A DNA stretch of 64,000 nt from Octopus bimaculoides (GCF_001194135.2 NC_068992.1:5437839-5501838); one strand, 5' to 3'; shown: positions 1 to 11,513, counted from the stretch's first letter. The notes: generated by a model from the letters alone, not told the origin. A program made the numbers and translations.

Positions 1-242
1 TGCCTAGCATATACAATATGTTCTGAGTAGCAATCGGTTCGAGAGTTAATAACGGAATCAATAATTCTTTAAAAGTTATGAATTTTCGAGCATCGTCATT
101 CGTGGTCGGACACCTTATAGCATTCAGTCCCGAGGGTTGTGTTAGTTTAATTCAGATGCATTGTGAAATGCATGTTAAGTGTATGAAATAAGCTATTGGG
201 CCGATGGAAAGCGAAGACAGATTTATAGTCGGAATTTATAAT

Positions 243-246
<4 letters not shown>

Positions 247-335
<89 letters not shown>

Positions 336-346
336 NNNNNNNNNNN

Positions 347-422
<76 letters not shown>

Positions 423-425
423 ATG

Positions 426-452
<27 letters not shown>
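247..452. repeat. Compound microsatellite (TA)n(CA)n-gap-(TA)n(TG)n(TATG)n
   Basis: Seen directly; explains the overlapping YIYI/THTH/CVCV ORFs. Confidence 0.97.
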
Positions 453-456
<4 letters not shown>

Positions 457-1080
457 GTATGTGTAAGTCTTTTCCCCTTTCAACGTCGAAGCACCTGTAA
501 GAGTTTATTTCCACACATGTGTCTGTTCAATGTGTGCACGAGAGAAAATTTACAGATAGTTTAAGATAATGAATTATAGTTATATCGATTTATATCACAT
601 TCTCCATTCTCCTGATGTTTCGAAATGCAACGCCTAAGCAATGCACAGAAAGAGACACTCGTACTGACGTATGTATAAACACAGATATTAAATAATTGAA
701 ATTCTATAAGCATTTAAACACGTATGCGTGTGCGCGCGTGTGTAGGTGAGACTGCGTGTGCATGTGTGTTAATGTGTGAGCATTTAATCTGAATGTATGG
801 TAATTAGGTTATCTTTTCTAATTTATTCGTGAAGTTATGTAATTCTAATGGCATCGAGCCAGAACTTCTTCTAAAAGAGAAATAATATTTTAAAGTTAAA
901 TAACATACCAAGGTTACGTATTGCTAAGGCCTAAATCATACATCACAGCCTGCAAAAACTACAAAAATATAATCATGAAATCTGGCATCGATATAAATAT
1001 AAGTATATATATTCCACAATTACGCCCTTTTGCTACACTTCGATACAAATATATCAAATTATATAAGTGTCATTGTCAAT

Positions 1081-1376
1081 GACACCCTTATTGCAGCCCC
1101 TATTTGTTCCACGTTCTTCTCGAGATTTTTGCTCACTGATCACGGGGCTCTGACAATTATTGGAACTTCTGCTCCATTTTTCATCGACCACAACTGCTAA
1201 ACTTCCCAAGCAAACCTGTCAAATCTCTCCACTTTTCTCTCTTCCTTATCGCATATATTGTTTTTAGCTGGACATGCTATATCTATGATCGAGCATAGTT
1301 TGTTTTCTTTCTCAATTAAGATTATGTCCGGCTTCCTATTCTCTATCTCATAGTCGCACTGAATCATAAAATCCCA
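1081..1376 (-). mobile_element. Non-LTR retrotransposon fragment, Dong/R4-like, C-terminal restriction-like endonuclease (RLE) domain, pseudogenised
   Basis: Manual minus-strand translation: WDFMIQCDYEIENRKPDIILIEKENKLCSIIDIACPAKNNICDKEERKVERFDRFAWEV*QLWSMKNGAEVPIIVRAP*SVSKNLEKNVEQIGAAIRVS. It contains the R-x-PD...D PD-(D/E)xK-type signature of R2/R4-group RLE elements. Two in-frame stops. Confidence 0.85.
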
Positions 1377-1377
1377 T

Positions 1378-1539
1378 TTCAGGTCACTGCCTGGAATCGA
1401 ACTTGGAATCTTGGAGTTTGTAGCCCGCGCTCTTAACCACTACGCCCATGGGCATATGGCGTAGTGGTTAAGAGCGCGGGCTAATAGCCCCAAGATTCGG
1501 AGCTGGATTCCAGGCAGTGACCTGAATAATAATAATAAT

Positions 1540-1607
<68 letters not shown>

Positions 1608-1787
1608 CGAAAAATACCTTAGGAATGAGAACCCAAGTTCGAAATTTCCCTAACTCACTTGATGAAGGCTGGAGGATATATCAGCCGAAACGTTGTGTTA
1701 ATAACGAACAAGATGAGGACAAATATCCGTCAAATGTAAATAATGTAAATACTGTACATAAGTCTTCATCTCTTAAATATAGGACTG
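1378..1787 (+). mobile_element. Non-autonomous retroelement: inverted duplicate of a tRNA-like head + tRNA-like head + (AAT)n + hammerhead-bearing tail
   Basis: Head 1458-1526 has an A box (TGGCGTAGTGG) and a degenerate B box. Its inverted copy at 1378-1446 has an intact GTTCGATTCC. (AAT)n lies at about 1525-1605. The tail 1605-1787 is clearly homologous to 29011-29197. Confidence 0.8.
1656..1697 (+). ncRNA. Minimal type I hammerhead ribozyme motif (C3 mutated to U)
   Basis: CAC-TTGATGA-A-GGCTG..CAGCC-GAA-ACGT-T-GTG: stem I CAC/GTG, stem II GGCTG/CAGCC, palindromic stem III ACGT. Confidence 0.65.
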
Positions 1788-2349
1788 AAAAAGAAATATA
1801 ATTCTATGGAGGAATCGTGTGATACAATTCTTTCAATGAATCAATCAATCATTCCTTAACCCAAATCGGGTGTTTCACATGTAAATCACGGCTGTACATT
1901 TGTTCTATTATAGCTGTAATTACACGCAATACATTAATTTATTCAGATTGTAAGTACATGTGTATATGTTCATGTGACATTGAATATATTTATCTGATGC
2001 TTTTCTGAAGATGATTGATATTGCTCTCCGCTTACGTCACGCACTTCATCATCTTACGAACTCGTTGTCATCGTTCTCATCATCCTCATCAATGAAACCA
2101 TCATCCTCTCATTTACTGATGTCGCAGTCGTCAAAAGTATCATCCTTCTAATGGTAATTATCATCATCTCTTGCAAATGAAAAAATAAGCACCTCACAAA
2201 ATTACAGCATATTTATATGCCTGGTGCTGGAAATTAGGTTACATGTGTGTCACTGGGTCATGTACAAATATATGCATCAGTATACGTATGAATAATGTAT
2301 GTATATATCTATATGCATGCGCGTGTGCGCGCATGTGTATGTATATATA

Positions 2350-2413
<64 letters not shown>

Positions 2414-3992
2414 CATGAATGTGTGTGTGTGTGCGTGTGTGTGAGTGTGTGCCTGTGTGTGTGCGTACACGTGTGTGTACGATTATTGTCTCCGTAAATA
2501 AGAGAACGTACTTTTAGCGTTCTTGGGGACTCGTGGCCTCTCCGTTCGCAGGAGAAGGAAAACGTTTTATTCTTAATAATATCTAGATTAACGACTGTTG
2601 CGGTATCCTAAACATTGCATGATAAAACCTTAGAGATAACACTCCAGCGTCTTTTGATGCCACTCACTCCTCTCTCATGAAGTGACCATAAAATATTGGA
2701 TAAAAACATTTATGTTGTTTACATTCATATTTAAATGGTGGCAATTGCTATGGATATCTCTCTGTCAGTGAGTGTCACGTCATTGTGTTTTAAGTTTTCT
2801 CTTCGTTTCGTTGAAATCCATGATATCGGCCTTGTACACTAATTGGATTTCCAGGTACCTATTGTTCAGGGAGGAACTATCCAGGTATCTAAAATTATAT
2901 GACCCATGGGGATTGTTCCGAATGTTCTTAATTTGAAATGATCGATTTTAGGTACGCAAATATAACATTGACTCTAATTCTATTGAATATTTTCTGGAAT
3001 TTATGTGAGAGAAGTGGTTTTTCAGAAATTCTCTAGTTACATTTTACAGTAGGAATCTTGTAATTATATTCGTAGAATGTGGGTGATGTGTCGATAACAT
3101 TTTTCTATCTCAGTCTTCTTCGTGTATCTAGATTTGGTTCAACATAAGTAATATTACTCTTAACGTCTGAACTTACTTATGTGGCCCTGTAGTGTGAGGT
3201 AGCCTTTTTCAAAGTAGTTTTATCAACGGATAGGTTTGAACACTACCTATTGCATACTACTGACTAATTATTTTATAATTGACGGTGGGTGGTTAGAGCC
3301 TAAATGACTATAAGAGGAATCCTCATTTGAGTTCTCATAGCAATCAAATTTATATATCACAGTAATATATAGGAAATTAATTTCTTTAAGGATTGTGTTA
3401 ATTGTTGCTCTTAGGTTCACTTGAACATAAGAAATACATTTGCATAATATGTTCCTAATCGTATCCATATCATCTCCATTTTTGTTATGTACCACTCTAT
3501 GACCGCCGTACGTAAATAACTTTGTTATCTTTTTATCCGATATTTAAAGGCTAAACAGATCCGTTTTATCTGCAATATCCCTGTTCCTCAAAACGACAGT
3601 AAATAACTCATTCCAAAATGCGAGCACGCAGTAATGAATCATCAATCAAAATGTACTGACTTTTTTGCATACATTTTAATAGCTGTATTATTAGTAGCGA
3701 CGCCTGAATATGCTTTACTACGCTCAGGTAGAATTTTAGAGACTGAAGTACAAACACCATGACGCTGAGCCGGAAGTATTTGCACTTGAGTTTGTCATAA
3801 ATTTTCTTGAATTATTGAATGGTTGCCCTGATATGTATATAAGGTAGGCTCTCCCATCGAAGACGACGTATAAGCATCCAGTTGTTGCAGAATGACCCGC
3901 ACAACATTTTCTTTGATTAGAGTGATCAAATGTTCGTGCCGCACGTCAGCTCACTCTCTCTCCAGCAAATCAGCATTGTCTAAAACCACGAT

Positions 3993-4002
3993 ACACACAC
4001 AC

Positions 4003-4086
<84 letters not shown>

Positions 4087-4157
4087 ACATACGCTTATAT
4101 ACATACACAAATGTAGATAGATAGATAGAGACAGAGGATGATAAATAGGTAGATAGA

Positions 4158-4190
<33 letters not shown>
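3993..4190. repeat. (CA)n, (TAGA)n, (TG)n microsatellite cluster
   Basis: Seen directly. Confidence 0.95.
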
Positions 4191-4192
<2 letters not shown>

Positions 4193-5482
4193 TTGTATAC
4201 GTGAACGTGCAAAAATATGCGTTGTTTTATCCATTCGTGCATTCGGTGAAATGTCCTTCCAAATGATAAAATATACTAGTGACAGTGATTAATGCCAATA
4301 CATTGAAGTCTCTGTCAATAGGAACCAAATGTAAAATAAATACACTTCTTTCCCTTTCAAATACTGAATTCCATGACATCAAACCATCAATTCTAAAGTT
4401 ATTGTTCCTAGGCTTAACCGTCTTCTAGGAGATAATTTTCTAAAATAAAAATATAGGATTAACTTAAACCTCAATGCGTGTATGGCCGTGTGGTAAAATA
4501 TCACGCATAACGAAAACTTAAATTTTTCTCCAACACTACAGTTCTTTAACATGAGACTTTTTCCCTGATTTCTCGGGTCTACGAGACGGTTTTTCATTCC
4601 GCTTTCATGAATGGCAAGTGTGTGGTTGTAGTCTGATATTACGATTGCGCATTTCGATATAAATTAATATCCTTTTAAACTCAATCTAGAATCATTGGGA
4701 AAGGCTTCCTGTTTGGTTAGATTACACGTTGCACATTCAGTTTCTGTCATTCATATATCCAATTATAATATAGCAAAATATCATTAATATTAGTTGTGGA
4801 CGAAATTTCATAAAATATCTCTTCAGAATATACAGATTTTTAACATCATGGCATGCACTGATGGGAAAATAAAAGTGACTTCATAACATTTGATAAGGTG
4901 GTATGCTTGATATGCATATATACGCCTATACATAAATACATACATATATACACACACTCATGCGTGCGTGTGCACACACAGACACACACACACATCTATA
5001 TGTGTATACGTGAATAAATATGTACGAGTATGTCTGTGTGTATTTGTGTGTTTACATTCAAAGCGCTGAGAAATACCTTCAGCGTTTGTTATGTAAACTA
5101 TCAAATTCTGCATGGAATACAAATTTAATGGAATGACCGTGAAAAGCAAAATAACCAAAAATGAATCTAATTTTTAGACAAAGAAGAATACGGAAAATAA
5201 TCCTCTTTAATACATGTCCATAGTTGATGGCATTTGAAAGTCGTCTTGTCTTTATTTGTCAGGTTTCCTGAAAGCGCAGTGTTGATTGCGAAGACCGACG
5301 TTCAATAGAAATTTATACTGCCACAATCCAGTCTAGTTTCAGGAAAAAATGAATTTATATTATCCATCGAAGTGAGTGTTTACAGGAGAATGTATCCGTA
5401 AATATGAGAATGCGAGAGCAAAAACCACTTTCCGCTAAAACAGTATGTCATATTGATTTATCCTATATATTTATATATATGT

Positions 5483-5555
<73 letters not shown>

Positions 5556-5558
<3 letters not shown>

Positions 5559-5910
5559 GCAGGAGTGATTGTGTGGTAAAAAGCTTGCTTCCCAACCACA
5601 TGGTTGATGGTTTAGTCCCACTGCGTGGCACCTTGGCTGGATGTTAACCGCTATAGCCTTGGACCGACCAAAGTCTTCTAAATGGATTTCGTAGAAGGAA
5701 ACTGAAAGAAGCCTGTCGTATACATATATATTTGCGTGTGTGTATGTGTGTGTGGAGGCGCAATAAACCAGCGATTTATGTATGTATGTATGTATGTATG
5801 TATAAGTTGTGTGTGTGTGCATAGGTTTACAAAGAATAAGTCGTGGAGTCGATTTCTTCGTCTAAAGGTAGTGCTCCAGCATGGGCGCATTCAAATGTCT
5901 GAAACAAATA
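5556..5910 (+). mobile_element. tRNA-derived SINE, family A, near full length, internal microsatellite
   Basis: tRNA-like head (GGAGTGATTGTGTGGTAA...TTTAGTCCC), central GGATTTCGTAGAAGGAAACTGAAAGAAGCC and tail AAAGGTAGTGCTCCAGCATGG are shared with copies near 11.3, 21.3, 33.4, 38.3 and 38.7 kb. Confidence 0.85.
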
Positions 5911-6016
5911 TGGGAATAAAAGAATACATAATACATAAATTTACATACATACATAAGTATATATATATATTAAATCTCTGAACGAGGTATTAACAGTAAC
6001 TGCACGATAAAGTGAA

Positions 6017-6259
6017 GTATATTTGCCACTTTAATGTGGCTGACCCCGAGGGGTGGATGTTACTGTTGCTTTTAGCCCCAGGAGGACATCTCCTCCAGCT
6101 GGCTATCGACACACTTCTGTGTCCTGTCTGTATTTGCCAAGAGAAGTTATCCTTCCCATCTTGATCTACGATATGTACGTACTCGAGTTTCAGGGTTATT
6201 TCCCTTCTTCAGCGTACGACAATCGCCGACCTTCGATGCAAAAGGCATCCCTTGGCAAG
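6017..6259 (-). mobile_element. Small GC-richer non-coding repeat carrying a hammerhead motif, bounded by TA-rich or (TA)n sequence
   Basis: Sharp GC-rich block in AT-rich DNA containing the hammerhead at 6175-6217. Repeat status is inferred because it is single-copy in this window. Confidence 0.55.
6175..6217 (-). ncRNA. Type I hammerhead ribozyme, apparently intact
   Basis: Minus strand: GTACG-CTGAAGA-AGGG-AAATAA-CCCT-GAA-ACTCGAGT-A-CGTAC. Stem I is 5 bp, the CUGANGA and GAAA core is intact, stem II is 4 bp, stem III is an 8-nt palindrome, and the cleavage triplet is GUA. Confidence 0.8.
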
Positions 6260-6299
6260 TATATATATATATATATATACGTACACACATACACATATA

Positions 6300-6334
<35 letters not shown>

Positions 6335-6336
<2 letters not shown>

Positions 6337-6466
6337 GAGAATGTACGAAAAAACAACAACAGACGAGGACAGGTGGTGTAAACAACAAAAGGATGTATTA
6401 GTATGACACTCGGGAATACGGAAAGTCTTTAACGTTTCGAGCTACGCTCTTCAACAGAAAGAATAC
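6335..6466 (-). mobile_element. Second small non-coding repeat with a hammerhead-like motif
   Basis: Unique-complexity block between (TA)n tracts that contains 6426-6462. Repeat status is inferred. Confidence 0.5.
6426..6462 (-). ncRNA. Minimal type I hammerhead-like motif with variant core CUGUUGA
   Basis: Minus strand: TCTTT-CTGTTGA-A-GAGC-GTA-GCTC-GAA-ACGT-T-AAAGA. Stem I TCTTT/AAAGA, stem II GAGC/GCTC, palindromic ACGT; A6 is replaced by U. Confidence 0.6.
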
Positions 6467-7559
6467 ATATATATATGTACATAAAGAGAGGCTGGGAAAG
6501 AGGAAGGTTCAGACAAATACTGATGTGTGCGAGCTCGTGTATTTGGAATCCATAGATTATTTGTTTATACATGTGAGCTGTTGTTAGTTAAGTACGTTAG
6601 ATATGGTGCTTGCGATTGAGAATGGTTATATTTTTGTCTGTTTTCTGTCACAATTGTTAGATTAGTATTATATACCTCTTGTGCATCCCCATAATTTTCC
6701 GTAGATGGACAACTTATACCAATACCAAAACGGTAATATTAAATTCTATTGCGAAAGATTTCCAAGATGCTCAGGTGTATTTATACTGATTCCACTCAAG
6801 TCTTTTGTTTTTTCATTATATTCATAGTGGTAATTAATGACGAGTGATAATCAAAATTCATCAATCATAATATAACTGTTGCTTATTATTAAATTCCTTT
6901 ATATCTGCTCTGGACACAAGTTTCAAGCAAAAGCAGATCACAACAATATTTTCGGTTCAATCTGTCTTTTGTCGAATAATTTATATTTTCAGTTTACGAG
7001 AATAAGATATGCCGGTTTGCGTCAAATCTGATAATGCCCAATAATGATATCATCACTGAGCTGCTCTTTATTTTGATAGCAATAAAATGATTTTCAATTG
7101 AAGTATTTGAAACTATTTGTTTCTTTGATGATCAAATGTTTCCGAACTACTCATGTCGTATTTCGAGCGTTTATTGAAAACTTTTGAACTGAGTTTGCTT
7201 CCAACAATCCCATGATTCAAAGCAACATATTCATGGTGCCATGTTGTCTGAATAGCATTGCGCGTAATATTTGCAGCCCTAATTTCAGAGACGGCATTTC
7301 CGGTGATTAATTCAATCTTGAATAATGCCAATTAAGAGGAAGAAAATATTTGCTAAAAGTTTGGTGGATAATCAATTCTTATCTTTAGAAAAGTAAGTTC
7401 TAATCAAGAAGCACAGAGTAACCCTGGGGAAGAGTCTAAACATTTGTGGCCTTTAAACTTCTTCTAATAATTATTTCCACTATAGGCATAATGCTAAAAT
7501 TTTACCTGAGAAACAACGCGATTACACGGACGCTATGATTCAGTAGTTAGTTATTTTGC

Positions 7560-7670
7560 GGATCCCGAATGGTTGAAAGGCAAAGTCAACCTCAGCAGAA
7601 TGTTAATTCAGAAATTAAAACCGGAAGAAATGTTAAATTCTTTTCTTTTTTGTTTTTGCGGCATGCTAAC
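7560..7670 (-). mobile_element. Degenerate SINE family B fragment
   Basis: TGAAAGGCAAAGTCAACCTC motif matches the copies at 35.5 and 41.6 kb. Confidence 0.6.
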
Positions 7671-8279
7671 TATTCTCCTTGCTCACTATAATTTAGCATT
7701 ATTCTAAAAATAGACAGCTCATGGACATGCACTATGTGTTTTGTGCCCATTTCTTGGAAGAACATAAGCATTAGTTTCAATGTGTATTTGTTTTTTAATG
7801 TCATTATACGCACATGTAAACATTTCGCAGCAGGATATGGACGTGTTTGACGTAAGTGTTTTAAGTATGGATTCAATGATTCACCATGGGAACTGGATTT
7901 TTCGAGGACGATCCTAAATGAAGATGTACAGCATAAATCGGGTATTGCATGAGTATATAAGGTAAATAACGTGATCATTGAAATGTTCTGCTTGCTTGTA
8001 CATGAAACTTCCGGCAAAAGAGACATATGAATATGTTCTTGCACTATGTTTTAAAAGACTATATTAAAGTTGGATACAGCAACAGCATATTGCACCACAT
8101 GCCCTGAAAAATATACAAAAGAGAGCAAACGTGTGTGTACATTTATAATGCGAAAAGCATACAGATAATCTTCTGACTGCTTTGAAAGAGCGTATACATG
8201 AATAGATATGACTACTAAAGTTCTTCAAATAATGTGATGTTGGTCGTTAATTTCATTGAACGTATATATCAAGGATGAG

Positions 8280-8700
8280 TTATAATACTATTCCACATAT
8301 ACAAAAACGGGTATACCAACAATCCAACTCACAACCATCATCAGCTGCCACACGGATATTATTATGCTTTCGACACCTGGGTAGTACCATTCAATCAGGC
8401 CGTATCAACAGAACTAAAATAAGTGTTGTTTGGGAACAAACATACCAAAGAAACAACCACTTCCAAACATTTAACATATGGACAACAGCATTGGTAAATA
8501 AGTTCAATAAGTAAATCTGTAACCAACTCTTAAATATGTAACTAAACAGCGACCAAATCTTTAAGTTGTGCACAAAATACTGCCTACAGTCTTCCACAGT
8601 ATAATATATATTAGTGAACGCCTAATAACCACATTCATTCAATTAGATATAGGCAGGATTAAACACTAGCTTTAAAATTAAACTACAACAAAGAAACACT
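8280..8700 (+). mobile_element. Possible highly decayed Penelope-like GIY-YIG region
   Basis: Translated pieces TIPHIQK and VVHKILPTVFHSIIYISE...RIKH loosely resemble the PLE pattern LPYIKG / VVYKIPC..YIGET...RIKEH. Weak similarity with many disruptions. Confidence 0.25.
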
Positions 8701-9505
8701 TAAATCCATGTAAATCTGTTTCGGTATTAACAGTAAACATACAATAACTAAATTATATACTAAATAGCAACCAGTCTTTAAGTCCATACAAATAATTATC
8801 CCACCAGTTTTCCATAGTTGCTACTACAATAAATTGTGCACGCTGTAAACATCATGCTAAATACGAGACTGATAATTCATTAATTTTATTGTTTGCAGGA
8901 ATTTATGCTTCATTTTAGTATGACTGTTTCCTGATAAAGTGCGGATACATATACAGACATATACATATATATAGGGAAATAAATAAACGCACACACATAT
9001 GTATGAATGTATATGTATGTATGTATATTTTTATATCTCTATATGCATGAGCATTCAAGTGTGTGTATATCAACGTAGGTATTCGTGCATTTTGTATGCG
9101 GTGGACTTGGCCAAGATTGTTTGAAATGCGATTAGGATATACAATGAAATTATTTTATAAGCATTGCATGATCAAACAGATATAAAAGACCCTAGTTGGC
9201 ATGATTTTTTTTTAAATAGTCACTCTCATTTCATCGCTTGAAAGGCCGTAATTAGTGACCATATCCCACTTAATTAGAAGTCACAGTTGTAATCACCATA
9301 ATACGACACGTATACAAATTAGCAATCCTGAATAATACTTGAAAAACAAAATAGCTAAGAGGGGAGCTATATAGAACTTCCTTCTTCACTAAAAGCCAAT
9401 GAAATAAGAATGTCTATTGAAAAGGCGACAATACTGGCGGCACCCCAGCTTGACCGCAGCCTTTGGCCCGAAGCGCAACAAATAACGAATATATATATAC
9501 ACACT

Positions 9506-9543
<38 letters not shown>

Positions 9544-10031
9544 ATTCATGTGTGTGTGGCTACGTATGTGTACGTGTGTGTGTATTTGTGTAGGTGTGTA
9601 CGTGTATATAAATACATTCATTGAAAGCATGCATGCATATTTGTGCACATGTGCATAGACAAAATAAAATAATATATAGATATGTAGGAAAAAAATCGGC
9701 AACAATTCTAAAGGGATAAAATTTCAAATATTATTTCCTAGATGTACATTCATTTTTCTTTTCTGGATTTTCTCCCTTGTTCATTGAATATCGATGTCAT
9801 TGCCAAGCAGTATCTTGTCAGGAATTGCTTGTACAATCGTTAGAAGATTCTTTTTGGGCCTGGCAACACCTGGCATGTAGCATTTCCATAGCCATAAATC
9901 TAGAATTCTTCTTCTTTTAGAATTTTGTGAATTGATGTACAGGCACATACATGCACATACACACACGCGTATATATGTACACATTATTATATCTCTGTGT
10001 ATGTGCATATTATGTCTGCACACCCATACAG

Positions 10032-10062
<31 letters not shown>

Positions 10063-10895
10063 AATGTGCATATATTAATAAATATATATATGTGTGCTTG
10101 TGTGTGTATGAGTTTGTGAATGTTACTATCTTTGCTGAGATATGTACGCATATCTATATGTGTGTACACTCAGAGAATCCTGTTTCATGTGAAAATAACT
10201 GATATTTTGAAACACATTAACACTCTCTGCTTTCACCTACATATTGTTATTACTTTTATAACTTGGAGAAGTTACTGACATCTGTTTAACACTTTAAAAA
10301 TAGTAAAAGCCATTCACATCATACTGGCATATGAAATAAACATAAAATGGAGGAAAATATATCGGAAGACTTTCTTTCAAATCTCTTATTTGTTTACTGT
10401 CAGATATTTGTATGATGCCTGTCATGTGACTTAGACAAGCAATGAAATTGAAATGTACAACGTTAATATCATAATTCATATCATTTTAACGTAGCTCAAA
10501 GAAATGGAGAAAAAATATATAGAAGTTTGTGAATAGTTTGGATTCGCCTTCATTGAAAGAGAAACGTTATATCATAGACATATCACTACAGTATATCTAA
10601 AAATATATTGATTAAAACTGAAAATTGTAGGTTATGCACTACTTGCTGATCAATGTTTACATGTTCTCCTGTAGATATTATATTCACCCAGAGACTAGAA
10701 TCATTCAATTGTATTTCTTTATAATTATAACTGAAAAGCTACCCCATCTATCGAACTCTACTATTAAACATCATTGTAATAATGAAGTGAATTTCTAGAT
10801 TGTTTTCATTTTTTTGTAACTTTAACATTAAGGCACAATTGCAAATTCATCAGCCTGTATCGTGGAAAAGAAATGAAATCACTTTAGAATGATAG

Positions 10896-10947
<52 letters not shown>

Positions 10948-11277
10948 NNNNNNNNNNNNNNNNNNNNNNNNNNNNNNNNNNNNNNNNNNNNNNNNNNNNN
11001 NNNNNNNNNNNNNNNNNNNNNNNNNNNNNNNNNNNNNNNNNNNNNNNNNNNNNNNNNNNNNNNNNNNNNNNNNNNNNNNNNNNNNNNNNNNNNNNNNNNN
11101 NNNNNNNNNNNNNNNNNNNNNNNNNNNNNNNNNNNNNNNNNNNNNNNNNNNNNNNNNNNNNNNNNNNNNNNNNNNNNNNNNNNNNNNNNNNNNNNNNNNN
11201 NNNNNNNNNNNNNNNNNNNNNNNNNNNNNNNNNNNNNNNNTATATATATACGTTCTTTTATTTTTTATTATTTTATT

Positions 11278-11500
11278 TGCTTCAGTCCTTTGACTGCGGC
11301 CATACTGGAATTCTGCATTTTAGCAGAATAAATCTATCCCAGGATTTATTCTTTGTAAGCCTAGAACTTATTCTATGTTTTTTTCCGAACCGCTAAGTTA
11401 CGGGGACAAACATACACAAACACACACAAACACACCCCCACGCAGCCACACACATATATACGGCTTCTTTCAGTTTCCGTATACCAAATCCACTCACAAG
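11278..11500 (-). mobile_element. SINE family A, 3' part
   Basis: Reverse complement matches the central and tail motifs of 5556-5910 and 38303-38646. Confidence 0.8.
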
Positions 11501-11513
11501 TGACGACTGTAGT

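Noticed and set aside
147-514. Overlapping ORFs of CV/YI/TH repeats, and dozens of similar ORFs across the window
   Set aside because: They are translations of (CA)n, (TA)n and (CTAT)n microsatellites, not coding.
1458-1526. tRNA-like sequences here and at 16475, 47205 and 61750 as real tRNA genes
   Set aside because: No complete cloverleaf or acceptor stem; they continue into SINE bodies.
2000-2170. Acidic D/E-rich reading on the minus strand
   Set aside because: A decayed (GAT)n repeat with several stops.
5263-5371. Plus-strand exon-like segment (tttatttgtcag|...cgaa|gtgagt)
   Set aside because: Stops in all three frames. It could be a UTR exon, but nothing else supports it.
1944-7400. 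Plus-strand 3- and 4-nt microexon-like sites (ttcag|ATT|gtaagt near 1948; ctttag|AAAA|gtaagt near 7390), plus an 18-nt one near 26430
   Set aside because: Weaker exon-side donors and very short. Treated as the chance background for the minus-strand candidates.
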